A DNA stretch of 64,000 bases. Origin: an uncultured Actinomycetes bacterium (GTDB lineage Bacteria > Actinomycetota > Thermoleophilia > Solirubrobacterales > Solirubrobacteraceae). Location: positions 561,792 to 625,791 of the forward strand of contig CAVWQN010000004.1 in NCBI GenBank assembly GCA_963757075.1, written 5' to 3'. Positions within the stretch are counted from its first letter, which is position 1. Every line of letters starts with the position of its first letter. A program made the translations under genes and the position numbers. The notes beneath the pieces were generated by a model. The model had not been told where the DNA came from. It did not search any database and saw nothing but the letters and a program-made list of their open reading frames with translations. Below are positions 31,064 through 42,348 of the stretch, in pieces.

Positions 31064-32551
31064 ATGAACTCTTCCTCTCCGGACCAGCCCTTGGTACTCG
31101 TGTCCAACCGCGGGCCGGTTACCTTCGGCCCGGGGGACGAGGTCCACCGTGGGACGGGCGGCTTGGTGACCGCGTTGATCGGATTGGCGACCCATCGCGA
31201 CGTCACATGGGTCGCTTCGGCCATGACGGACGAGGACGCGATGGTGGCCGAGCGACACGAGGGGCGGCCGTTCCCGGTCTCGACCGAAGACGGGAACGAA
31301 TACAGCGTCAAGCTGGTCGCGTCGAGCCCGGAGGCCTATGACCGCTTCTACAACATCATCGCCAACCCGATGCTGTGGTTCACCCAGCATTATCTCTGGG
31401 ACCTCTCCAACGCCCCGGACATCCGCCGCAACGAAACCGAGGCCTTTGAGTTCGGCTACAACGTGGTCAACGAGGACTTGGCCCGGGCGGTGCTGGAGGA
31501 GATCGAGGGCGTGTCCAATCCGGTCGTGATGGTCCACGACTACCACCTGTACACGCTCCCGGCGCTGATCCGGCGGGAGCGGCCGGACGTCGTGCTCCAT
31601 CACTTCGTCCACATCCCCTGGAGCCAGTCGGACTCTTGGAGGGTGCTGCCGACGATGCTGCGGGAGGAGGTCTACGACGGCATCCTGGCCAACGACATCA
31701 TCGGGTTCCACACCCGCTCCTACCGGCGCAACTTCCTCCAGTGCTGTGCCGATCTGCTCGGCTACGAGGTGGACTTCGACCGCGGCATCGTGCGCTGCAA
31801 AGATCACGACGTGTGGGTGCGGGCGTATCCGCTGCCGATCGATTCGAGCGCCGTTTTATCGGTCTCCCGGCGGCCCAGGGTGCTGGAGTTTGAGCAGGAG
31901 CTGCTGCGGCGCCGCCGCGATCACCTGATCCTGCGGGTCGACCGTGCCGACTTGAGCAAGAACGTGCTGCGTGGGTTCAGCGCCTTTGACGTCTTCCTGG
32001 AGCAGCACCCAGAGTTCCGAGAGAGGGTCACGTTCATCGCCCAGCTGATGCCGTCCCGGACGGACGTCCCCGAGTACGCCGAGTACCTCGAGCGGATCGA
32101 GGCCGTCGTAGCCGTCGTCAACCACCGCCACGGATCTCCGGACTGGATGCCGATCCAGCTCAAGCTTCGCGACGACCTCGAGGAAGCCGTCGCCGCCTAC
32201 AAGCACTACGACGTCCTGATCGTCAACGCCATGTTCGATGGCATGAACCTGGTCGCCAAGGAGGGTCCGATGGTCAACGAAAGGGCGGGCGTCTCGATTC
32301 TCAGCGAGAACACCGGCGCCCACGAGGAACTGGGCGACTGCGCGTTGTCGGTGAACCCGTTCGATATCCAGGAGCTTGCTGACTCCATCCATGCCGCGCT
32401 GACGATGGAGCTGGCCGAGCGCCGGCAGCGGCTCGAGGGGCTCAAGTCCATCGTCACGGCCCGCGATCCGGGCAACTGGGTAGACGAGCAGATGGCCGAC
32501 ATCCGGGAGCGGGAGCGTGCCCGATCCGGGTGGGGTGCCCGGAGGAACTGA
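31064..32551 (+). CDS. otsA: Trehalose-6-phosphate synthase (GT20)
   Basis: LVSNRGP, VHDYHL, HFVHIPW, RVDRADLSK, DGMNLVAKE, LSENTGA. Confidence 0.85.
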   Translation: MNSSSPDQPLVLVSNRGPVTFGPGDEVHRGTGGLVTALIGLATHRDVTWVASAMTDEDAMVAERHEGRPFPVSTEDGNEYSVKLVASSPEAYDRFYNIIANPMLWFTQHYLWDLSNAPDIRRNETEAFEFGYNVVNEDLARAVLEEIEGVSNPVVMVHDYHLYTLPALIRRERPDVVLHHFVHIPWSQSDSWRVLPTMLREEVYDGILANDIIGFHTRSYRRNFLQCCADLLGYEVDFDRGIVRCKDHDVWVRAYPLPIDSSAVLSVSRRPRVLEFEQELLRRRRDHLILRVDRADLSKNVLRGFSAFDVFLEQHPEFRERVTFIAQLMPSRTDVPEYAEYLERIEAVVAVVNHRHGSPDWMPIQLKLRDDLEEAVAAYKHYDVLIVNAMFDGMNLVAKEGPMVNERAGVSILSENTGAHEELGDCALSVNPFDIQELADSIHAALTMELAERRQRLEGLKSIVTARDPGNWVDEQMADIRERERARSGWGARRN

Positions 32552-32575
32552 CCACGCTCGGCGCGGGCGCCGCAC

Positions 32576-33154
32576 CTAGTGCAGCGTCCGGTGCTCCGCC
32601 AGCATCGCTACGTACTCCGCGATCCGGCGCGCCCGCGTCTCGGGGCGCTTCGCGTCGTGTACGCGGTAGAGGATCGCGTAGCGGTTGGCCCCTTTGAGCG
32701 TCTCGAAGAAGGCCTTCGCCTTGGGGTTCTCATCCAGCGCACGCTGTAGATCCTCGGGGACAACCGCGGCGCTCGCAGGGGGGTAGGCGGCCTCCCAACG
32801 GCCATCCTCCTTGGCCGCCTCGATCTGGGCGAGGCCTGCGGGCCTCACCCGGCCTTCCTTGATTAGCCGCTCGACCTTCTCGCGGTTGATCTGGGACCAC
32901 TTACTGCGCGGCCGGCGCGGGGTGAAACGGATCAGGTAGAAGGACTCGTCGAACTGGGCGGACTGACCGTCGATCCAGCCGTAGCAGAGCGCCTCCTCCA
33001 GGGCTTCGGCGTGCCTGACGGTCGTGATGCCCGAGGCTTTCTTGGCCAACTTCAGCCACGCGCCCTGACTGCTTTCGTGGTGGCGCTCGAGCCAACTTGC
33101 CCAGTCCGCCTGGCTATCGAACTGGAGGATCGGGAGCTCGGCTTTGGTCGCCAT
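32576..33154 (-). CDS. YdeI/OmpD-associated family protein
   Basis: WASWLERHH, ALCYGWIDG, FTPRRPRSKWS, VPEDL...AKRPETRARR. Confidence 0.88.
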   Translation of the reverse strand: MATKAELPILQFDSQADWASWLERHHESSQGAWLKLAKKASGITTVRHAEALEEALCYGWIDGQSAQFDESFYLIRFTPRRPRSKWSQINREKVERLIKEGRVRPAGLAQIEAAKEDGRWEAAYPPASAAVVPEDLQRALDENPKAKAFFETLKGANRYAILYRVHDAKRPETRARRIAEYVAMLAEHRTLH

Positions 33155-33206
33155 CGGTCTCCAGTCTGCAGCAATATCACGAGCGTGGCGGGCGCAGATC
33201 AGCCGC

Positions 33207-33212
33207 TATAGT
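33207..33212 (+). promoter_or_regulatory. -10 element of the rpsF operon
   Basis: TATAGT upstream of rpsF, followed by hairpin GCCGC-CCAA-GCGGC. Confidence 0.5.
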
Positions 33213-33264
33213 CGTCCGCCGCCCAAGCGGCATGGCTGCAATGGCCCGCGCGGACACGTTTCGA

Positions 33265-33780
33265 ATGCCTACGGAAGCTCCCCTCTATGACCTGATGCTG
33301 CTGCTCTCCAACGACGCAGAGGAGGAGCGGCGAGCGAAGATCGTCGACGACGTCAGGCAGGCGATCTCTTCAGGTGGGGGATCGATCGCGCACGACGACG
33401 ACTGGGGCACCCGGCCGCTTGCCTACCGGATCGCCCATCAGGACGGTGCGGAATATCACCTCCTCCAGTTCACCGGGCCCCCGGCGCTGCTCGATTCGCT
33501 TGGCCACAGTCTCGGGATCACCGACGGCGTCCTGCGTTTCCGAATAATCAAGGTGCTGCCCGGCACACCAGGACCGCCAAAGCCGGAGCCGGCCGCGGTG
33601 GCCGCGCCGTCCCGCCCCGAGCCGGCCTCGCCGCAGCCGGCGGCGGTCCCGCCGGAGACCGAGGCCCAGGCGGGTTCTCCGCCGGAAGCCGCTGGCCCTG
33701 AGGCCGAGCCTGGGCCCGATGTCGACGCCGGTGTAGACGCCAGCGCCGGTGCCGAAGCCGAAGCCGAAGCCGACGAGTAG
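33265..33780 (+). CDS. rpsF: 30S ribosomal protein S6 with long Pro/Ala/Glu-rich C-terminal tail
   Basis: YDLMLLL, DWGTRPLAYRI, GAEYHL, VLRFRII; start may be 33241. Confidence 0.88.
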   Translation: MPTEAPLYDLMLLLSNDAEEERRAKIVDDVRQAISSGGGSIAHDDDWGTRPLAYRIAHQDGAEYHLLQFTGPPALLDSLGHSLGITDGVLRFRIIKVLPGTPGPPKPEPAAVAAPSRPEPASPQPAAVPPETEAQAGSPPEAAGPEAEPGPDVDAGVDASAGAEAEAEADE

Positions 33781-33988
33781 AGCTAGCCCGCCGCAGCGTC
33801 CGCTCGCGCGATCCGGTCGGCCCCTCGAGCGCCGTAACCGCGGGCGTGTGACGACATCGTCTCGCCCGGCAACAACTTCGTACCGACCCTGTGTCGTTTG
33901 TGCCACTTTGCGTGGTGATCCCCGGGTTGCCGCCTGTGCCGCGCCTAGACTCGCCGCAGGCTTTTAATCGACCTGGAAGGAGCGTCAG

Positions 33989-34453
33989 ATGAACATCAAT
34001 CGAGTCATCTTGACCGGCAATCTCACGAGAGATCCCGAACTCAGCGCGACCGGGAGCGGGCTGCAGGTCTGCAAGCTGGGTATCGCTGTAAACGGGCGAC
34101 GTAAGAACGCCGCTGGGGAATGGGAAGACAAGGCCAACTTCTTCCGCGTGACCGTGTTCGGCAAGCAGGCTGAAAACTGCCACCAGTACCTCAAGAAGGG
34201 TCGGCCAGTCGCGATCGACGGTCGGCTCGAATGGAGCACTTGGGAGCGCGAGGGACAGAAGCGGGAGTCGGTCGATATCATCGCTGACACTGTTCAGTTC
34301 CTCGCCGGCGGACGTGAGGATCCCGCTGGCGGGAACGGGAACGGGTTCTCCAGCAATGTCCAAGCCACGGAGAGCGACGTTCCGATCGACACCGGCGACT
34401 TCGAAACGGCGCCGACGGCCGCGGGAACGGCGGAGGACGACATACCGTTCTGA
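33989..34453 (+). CDS. ssb: Single-stranded DNA-binding protein
   Basis: NRVILTGNLTRDPEL, FFRVTVFGKQAE, C-terminal DDIPF. Confidence 0.95.
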   Translation: MNINRVILTGNLTRDPELSATGSGLQVCKLGIAVNGRRKNAAGEWEDKANFFRVTVFGKQAENCHQYLKKGRPVAIDGRLEWSTWEREGQKRESVDIIADTVQFLAGGREDPAGGNGNGFSSNVQATESDVPIDTGDFETAPTAAGTAEDDIPF

Positions 34454-34483
34454 GGCACACGAGACAGAGTCAGAGACAGCCGA

Positions 34484-34780
34484 GTGGCAAAGCAACGTAG
34501 ACGGCCGGTTCGCCGGCGCGACAGGAAGGGCCTGACGGGATCCACCCGGCGCAAGCCCTGCCCGTACTGCCGCGAGAAGATCGACCAGGTCGACTACAAA
34601 GACATCTCGATGCTGCGCCGGTTCGTGTCCGAGCGGGGCAAGATCCGCTCGCGTCGGATCACTGGCGCCTGCCGCCGTCACCAGAGCCAGATCGCGCGGG
34701 CGGTCAAGCGCGCGCGGGAGCTGGCCCTGCTGCCCTACGTCGCCGAGCCCGGCGAGCGCGGGGCCCGTTCCGAGCGCTGA
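34484..34780 (+). CDS. rpsR: 30S ribosomal protein S18 (zinc-binding form)
   Basis: [36 protein letters not shown]. Confidence 0.95.
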   Translation: MAKQRRRPVRRRDRKGLTGSTRRKPCPYCREKIDQVDYKDISMLRRFVSERGKIRSRRITGACRRHQSQIARAVKRARELALLPYVAEPGERGARSER

Positions 34781-34791
34781 GGCAACTGGCG

Positions 34792-35241
34792 GTGGCCCAG
34801 GCGATCCTGCTTCAGGACGTGGACTCGCTCGGCGAGCGAGGCGATGTCATCGACGTCGCCCCGGGCTACCTTCGTAACTTCCTGCTGCCTCGGAAGCTCG
34901 CCGAGACCGCCACCCCGGCATCCATCCGGGCTTCGGCACAGCGGCGCGAGCAAGCCGAGCAGGCACAGCGGGATGCGCAGGAGCGCGCGAGTGAGAGCGC
35001 CTCGCTGCTGAGCCGGACCGTCCTCACGATTCCTCAGCAGGCAGGAGAGGACGGACGTCTGTTTGGATCGGTCACCCCTCAGGACATCGCGGACGCGATC
35101 CGCGACGCGCGCGGGATCCGCGTTGACCGGCGCAAGGTCCATCTCGAGGAGCCGATCCGCCACACCGGCACGTACATGGTGGTCGTCGAGGTCGCCGACG
35201 AAGTGACTGCGACCATCAAGACGATGGTCGTCGCCGCGTAA
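34792..35241 (+). CDS. rplI: 50S ribosomal protein L9
   Basis: ILLQDVDSLG, VAPGYLRNFLLPR, GRLFGSVT. Confidence 0.95.
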   Translation: MAQAILLQDVDSLGERGDVIDVAPGYLRNFLLPRKLAETATPASIRASAQRREQAEQAQRDAQERASESASLLSRTVLTIPQQAGEDGRLFGSVTPQDIADAIRDARGIRVDRRKVHLEEPIRHTGTYMVVVEVADEVTATIKTMVVAA

Positions 35242-35405
35242 AAACGCGCCTACCGCCCTCGTCTGCCTGACGCTGCTACGGGCCTGAAGTCGGTCGTCCA
35301 GGCGGTCTGACGAACTCCTCGCTTCTTGCGGGAACGGTCCAGGCGCCGACGCCTGTCGCGGCTCTAATCTCGCCGTTCGGCCATGACCACCGCTCGCTTT
35401 CGTCC

Positions 35406-36781
35406 ATGACAACCATCGAGCAGACATCGGTTCCCCCTCATAACCTCGAAGCCGAGAGGTCGGTGCTCGGCGCAGTGCTGCTCAATGACCGGCACCTGAA
35501 CGGGTTGCTGGCCGAGGAGCAGCTTCGGCCCGAGCACTTCTACCGGGAGCAGCACGGCGCCGTGTTCGCGGCGATGAAGGAGCTGTTCGAGACAGATAGG
35601 AAGATCGACCACCTCACCGTTGCCGAGACCCTCCGCCAGCACGGGAAGCTCGAGGAGGTCGGCGGTGCCACGGCGATCGACGAGTTGGCGGGCTGGGTCC
35701 CGGCCGCAGGACATGCGCGCGAGTACGGACGGATCGTGAGGGAGAACGCGCAAATGCGCGCGCTGCTCACGTGCACGTATGAGACCCAAGCCCGCATATT
35801 CGCCCGGGAGGCGTCGCCGCGCGAACTGATCGAAGAGGCGGAGCGCTCCGTGCTGGAGGTGGCCCATGACGACCGGCAAAGGAAGTTGCGGTCGATCGCG
35901 GACATCCTGGAGGAGGAGACCGACCGGCTCCATCGTCTCTCAGTCGCCAAGTCGCCCCTCACCGGGACGCCGTCGGGATTCAAGGACGTCGATGACCGGA
36001 CGGGTGGCTTCCAGCCGGGGAACCTGATCGTGATCGCCGCCCGGCCCTCGATGGGAAAGTCGGCGCTTGTCGCGAACATCGCCGAGAACGCAGCCCTCGG
36101 GGTCGGCCATCCCGAGCAGCGCGCCCATCCGGTCGTGCTGTTCTCGCTCGAGATGTCGGAGTCGGAGCTGGCGCAGCGCTTCGTCGCCTCCCAGACCAAG
36201 ATCAATGGCGAGGACCTCCGCCGCGGGAAGGTGGCAGAGCACAAGTGGCCGAAGATCCTCGAGGGCTGCCGCCGGCTCTCGCAGGCCCCCCTCTACGTCG
36301 ACGACTCAAGCGACACAAGCGTGCTGGACGTGCGGGCCAAGGCGCGGCGACTTCACCACCAGCTCCCCGACGGCTTGGGCCTGATCATCGTCGACTACCT
36401 CCAGCTCATGCGGCCCGAGGGCCGAGTGGAGAACCGCGTGGAGCAGGTCAGTCAGCTCAGCCGTGGGCTCAAGAGCCTGGCCCGCGAGCTGGATGTACCG
36501 GTGATCGCGATCTCGCAGCTCAGCCGGGCGGTGGAACAGCGTGGCGGAGACAAGCGACCGATCCTGTCCGATTTGAGGGAATCCGGTCAAATAGAGGCTG
36601 ATTCTGACCTCGTGATGTTCATCTACCGCGAGGAGTACTACCTCAGGGAGGAGTCGGAGCGACCGGGGGAGGCGGACATCATCATCGCCAAGCACCGCAA
36701 CGGCCCCGTTGGCGACGTGATCCTCACCTTCCAGAAGCAGTATCCGAAGTTCATGAACTACGCGGGCGATCGGTTCGCGGC

Positions 36782-36785
<4 letters not shown>
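35406..36785 (+). CDS. dnaB: Replicative DNA helicase
   Basis: PPHNLEAERSVLG, IAARPSMGKS, FSLEM, IVDYLQL, SQLSR, SDLRESGQIE; no intein. Confidence 0.96.
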
Positions 36786-38885
<2,100 letters not shown>

Positions 38886-38888
38886 CGT

Positions 38889-39302
38889 TCAGGCGCCGGG
38901 TCGCACGGTCCGCAATCCGGCCAGCCGGGCGGCTGCCATCTGCCGCTCGTCGTAGCTGACAAACGCGTCGAGCGGGGAGACGTCGACGGCAGCTACGACA
39001 TGTATCGCGTCGAGTGCTCGCAGAGACGCCTCCGACAGAGAGCCCGCGGCTTCCAGCAATCCGCGGTCGAGCGGAACGAGCGGCACCGCGTCGAGCAGCT
39101 CCCCGACGTGTTCGAGGAGGATGTCGAGGGGCAGGCGCGGATCGGACGAAGCCGCCCGCCTGACCGCCCGGGATACCTCGGTGATCACGAGCTCGCACGA
39201 GACGAGATCGGCGTCGGAGATGAAAGCGCGCAGAGCCTCGCTCTCGGGCTCTTCCTGCACCAGTTTCACGAGCGCCGAAGCGTCGGCGTAAAAAAGGGCC
39301 AC
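38889..39302 (-). CDS. VapC (PIN-domain) toxin
   Basis: YADASALVKL, ITEVSRA, LRALDAIH, FVSYD acidic quartet. Confidence 0.9.
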   Translation of the reverse strand: MALFYADASALVKLVQEEPESEALRAFISDADLVSCELVITEVSRAVRRAASSDPRLPLDILLEHVGELLDAVPLVPLDRGLLEAAGSLSEASLRALDAIHVVAAVDVSPLDAFVSYDERQMAAARLAGLRTVRPGA

Positions 39303-39304
39303 AC

Positions 39305-39577
39305 TCAGCGCTCGCCGCGGATCTCGTCGAGCGCGCGGCTGAGTGAATAAGGATCGCCATCGAGCTTGAGCGGCCTGGGTAACCCGCGGCGAAGAGGGCG
39401 GCTCACGCGGCCCTCGGCGATCAGGCGATCAAGCTCCGCACCGCTCGTTGCCGGGGGACCGAGCTCGGCGACCGGCCGGTTGCGGTCGGTGACGAGCAAG
39501 CGCTCGCCGCGCTGAACCTGCCGCAAGTACTGGCTTAGGTTCTGGCGCAACTCGGCAACTCCGACGGTCCTAGACAT
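39305..39577 (-). CDS. Phd/YefM-family antitoxin (VapB), in frame with the upstream methyltransferase
   Basis: MSRTVGVAELRQNLSQYLRQVQRGERLLVTDRNRPVAEL; 2 nt upstream of vapC. Confidence 0.88.
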   Translation of the reverse strand: MSRTVGVAELRQNLSQYLRQVQRGERLLVTDRNRPVAELGPPATSGAELDRLIAEGRVSRPLRRGLPRPLKLDGDPYSLSRALDEIRGER

Positions 39578-39590
39578 GTACATGAAAGTA
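39575..39590 (-). promoter_or_regulatory. Leaderless vapBC promoter with overlapping palindromic operator
   Basis: -10 TACTTT (39585-39590) 7 nt before ATG 39577; perfect palindrome CATGTACATG (39575-39584). Confidence 0.65.
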
Positions 39591-40174
39591 GCAGGACGCT
39601 CGGCGACGATCACAGCGACGTCCCGATGCGTCCAGGCGACACGAGCTGTCAGCCCCGCCTCCCCTAGCCACAGCATCTGCTCGGACACGCTGCTCGGCTT
39701 GTCGTATAGGCCATCGACCGGAGTGACGGCGTCCGCAGGATCAGCGGGCACGACGAGATCGCCGAGGACGAACCGGCCGCTCGGGGCGAGGACCGACGCT
39801 ATGCGGCGGAAGAGGTCCGCCTTGCCCGGGCCATCCAGATGGTGAACCGCAAGCACAGAGACCACGAGATCGAACGGTCCCGCCGGCAGGGGGTCCTCGA
39901 GCCGGCTGACCAGCAGGCGGGCGCGGTTGGCAGGCAATATCGCCCGAGCCCGAGTCAGCATCTCGCCGCTGGCGTCAATGCCAACCAGGTGCGCCCGGGG
40001 GTTCTGCTCCAGTACCCGCCTGGCGCTCTCGCCGGTGCCCGTGCCCAACTCGAGCACTCGCCCGGCCCGGCTTTGAGCCGCGCAGACGACCTGCCCCTGA
40101 AGGCGGTCGTAGTCGGGCACCTCTTCGCGGATCAGCTCGAGGTAGCTCTCAGGATCCCACTGGAACTGCGCCAT
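39578..40174 (-). CDS. Class I SAM-dependent methyltransferase; no stop codon, frame continues into the antitoxin to 39305
   Basis: VLELGTGTG, GIDASGEML, FDLVVSVLAVHHL, LAPSGRFVLGD. Confidence 0.85.
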
Positions 40175-40221
40175 GTGGAGGCCCGTCGACCCGGCGGTAG
40201 CTCCGGCCTCAAGGGGCCCGG

Positions 40222-40548
40222 CTACTCCCTGCGCGACGGATGCCCGACGCCGGGCCACGGGGACAGGACCAGCACCAACCTCGAATCACGCAGCGCCCGA
40301 ACCTCGCGGCGCTCGGCCGGTTCGAAGTGCGACAGGAAGCCCGGGCCACCCCGGACGGCTCGACCATCCTTGGTTATCTCGATTTCACCGTCAGCGACCA
40401 GCAGGTAGGCGCGCTCGTGGACCTGGTGCTCCTGGAGCTCCTCCCCCCCAGGCAGCTCGATCGCGATCGCCCGCGTCTCCTCGTCGGAGCGCAGCACCTG
40501 CGGCCGGTGGGGCTCGATCGGCAGCGAGAGGATGTCCCAGGTGTCCAT
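40222..40548 (-). CDS. Cupin-domain protein
   Basis: ELQEHQVHE, LLVADGEIE, FEPAERREV; RBS AGGAG. Confidence 0.75.
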   Translation of the reverse strand: MDTWDILSLPIEPHRPQVLRSDEETRAIAIELPGGEELQEHQVHERAYLLVADGEIEITKDGRAVRGGPGFLSHFEPAERREVRALRDSRLVLVLSPWPGVGHPSRRE

Positions 40549-40604
40549 TGCGATCTCCTCCTGTAATCAGCGGGCGAGCGCCGCCCGTTCTCTGATGGAT
40601 TCTC

Positions 40605-41318
40605 TCACCGCCACCGTTCGATGAGGTCCTCCTCACGCACCTCTCGCACCAGTCGGGCCGGCACTCCCATGGCCACGGCCCGCGGCGGCACGTCCCGGGT
40701 CACGACGGCCCCGGCGGCGACGTAGGCCTCCTCGCCAATCTCGACTCCCGGGACGAGCACGGCGCCGCCACCGACGCGACAGGCCCGGCGGAGCACGGCG
40801 CCCACGAGGCCCTCGTCGCGCGCGTGGCGGCCCATCGAGTCATCGTTGGTGGTGATCACCCCGGGGCCCAGGAACACGTCATCCTCGACCACCGTGCCGC
40901 CGGTCACGTATGCCCCGGTCTGAATCACCACTCGCTCCCCGACGGTCACGTCGAAGTCGATCGACGAGCCGCGCCCGACGACGGTGTCTGCCCCCACGAT
41001 CGCCCGCTCGCGGATCTGCGACTGGTCCCCGATGATGACGTTTCCCCCGATCCGGGCCCCGACATAGACCACCGCGCCGCAGCAGATAGTGGCGCCGGGC
41101 TCAAGGATGAGGGGAGCGGGCGAGGCGCCGCGTGCCGCCGTTGCGGCGCTCGAGCTCGCTCGCAGACGCGGCCGCTTTCCGAGGACCGCACACTCCTCGA
41201 TCACGCAGCCCTCGCCGACCTCCACCCCCGCATGGATCACTGCGCCGGCCTTGACCAACACCCCGTGTGCCATCCGGGCGTCGGGCTCCACGTGAGCCTT
41301 TGGGGAGATCTCAGCCAC
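40605..41318 (-). CDS. Hexapeptide-repeat sugar N-acetyltransferase (WbpD/WlbB-like)
   Basis: Left-handed beta-helix repeats, VFLGPGVITTND, GEEAYVAAGAVVTRDVP, GVPAR. Confidence 0.85.
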   Translation of the reverse strand: MAEISPKAHVEPDARMAHGVLVKAGAVIHAGVEVGEGCVIEECAVLGKRPRLRASSSAATAARGASPAPLILEPGATICCGAVVYVGARIGGNVIIGDQSQIRERAIVGADTVVGRGSSIDFDVTVGERVVIQTGAYVTGGTVVEDDVFLGPGVITTNDDSMGRHARDEGLVGAVLRRACRVGGGAVLVPGVEIGEEAYVAAGAVVTRDVPPRAVAMGVPARLVREVREEDLIERWR

Positions 41319-42348
41319 GGACCCCGGCTCGCGGCTGGGTCGCGGCTGGGGTGCGCCTCGAGGACTCGAGCGAACGCTGAAGCTGTTCGAGGACGCGGAC
41401 CACCCTCAGCCCGCTCTCACCGTTCGATCGGGGCCGCTGGCCGGTAAGAACGCAGTCGACGAAGTGCTCGCACTCGACGCGCAAGGGCTCGACGTTCGGG
41501 ACTCTCGGGCTCCAGCTCCCGCCGGCCCGAGTTATGTACTCGCCGTACCCGCGTGAGTCCTCGTCGAAGCCCTTGTCGTACACCGTCAGCTTGCCCTCGA
41601 TCTCCATGTCATCGAAAGTCGCCATACGGCGGGAGCCGACGACGGTGAAGCGGCGCTCTTTGTGGGGGTCGAGCCACGAGAGATGCAGGTGCGCCGAGAG
41701 CCCGGAGGGGAAGCGCATGAAGCAGAAGACCACATCCTCCACTCCCGGACGGACGTATGACTCGCCGTGGGCGCCCACCTCGGTCGGCTCTTCGCCGGCC
41801 AGGTGGAGCACCACCGACACGTCGTGTGCGCCCAGGCTCCACAGCGCGTTCTCGTCCGAGCGGAGCTTGCCCAGGTTGAGGCGATTGCCGTAGATGTAAT
41901 AGATCCGGTCCCCCAGCTCGCCGGAGTCGGCCAGTGCCTTGAGTTGCTGGACGCCCGGGTGGTATTCGAGCAGATGGCCGACCATCAGCGTTCGACCGCT
42001 TGCCTCGGCCGCCGCCACCACCCCCTGCGCCTCGGCGAGCGCCTGCGCCAGCGGCTTCTCGACCAAGCAGTGCTTTCCGGCCTCCAGCACACGTACCGCA
42101 AGCTGCGCGTGAGAGGGCACCGGCGTCGCGATGGCGATCGCGTCGAGTCCGGGATCGCGCAGCAGTTCGTCTATGTCGCTGGCCACGCGCACAGTGGGAA
42201 TTGCCGTCCCAATCCGACTCCTAGCCTCCGGCGAGGAATCGCAGCACCAGGTGAGCTCGCATCCCGGTATGGCGGCGAAGTTCCGCGCCAGATTCGGCCC
42301 CCAATAGCCGAGCCCGACGACGCCAACGCTGATCGCAGGCTCAGTCAT
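41311..42348 (-). CDS. Gfo/Idh/MocA oxidoreductase (WbpB/WlbA-like)
   Basis: VGLGYWGPNLARN, IATPVPSH, LVEKP, VGHL, RLNLG, SLGAHD, SWLDPHKER. Confidence 0.88.
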   Translation of the reverse strand: MTEPAISVGVVGLGYWGPNLARNFAAIPGCELTWCCDSSPEARSRIGTAIPTVRVASDIDELLRDPGLDAIAIATPVPSHAQLAVRVLEAGKHCLVEKPLAQALAEAQGVVAAAEASGRTLMVGHLLEYHPGVQQLKALADSGELGDRIYYIYGNRLNLGKLRSDENALWSLGAHDVSVVLHLAGEEPTEVGAHGESYVRPGVEDVVFCFMRFPSGLSAHLHLSWLDPHKERRFTVVGSRRMATFDDMEIEGKLTVYDKGFDEDSRGYGEYITRAGGSWSPRVPNVEPLRVECEHFVDCVLTGQRPRSNGESGLRVVRVLEQLQRSLESSRRTPAATQPRAGVRG

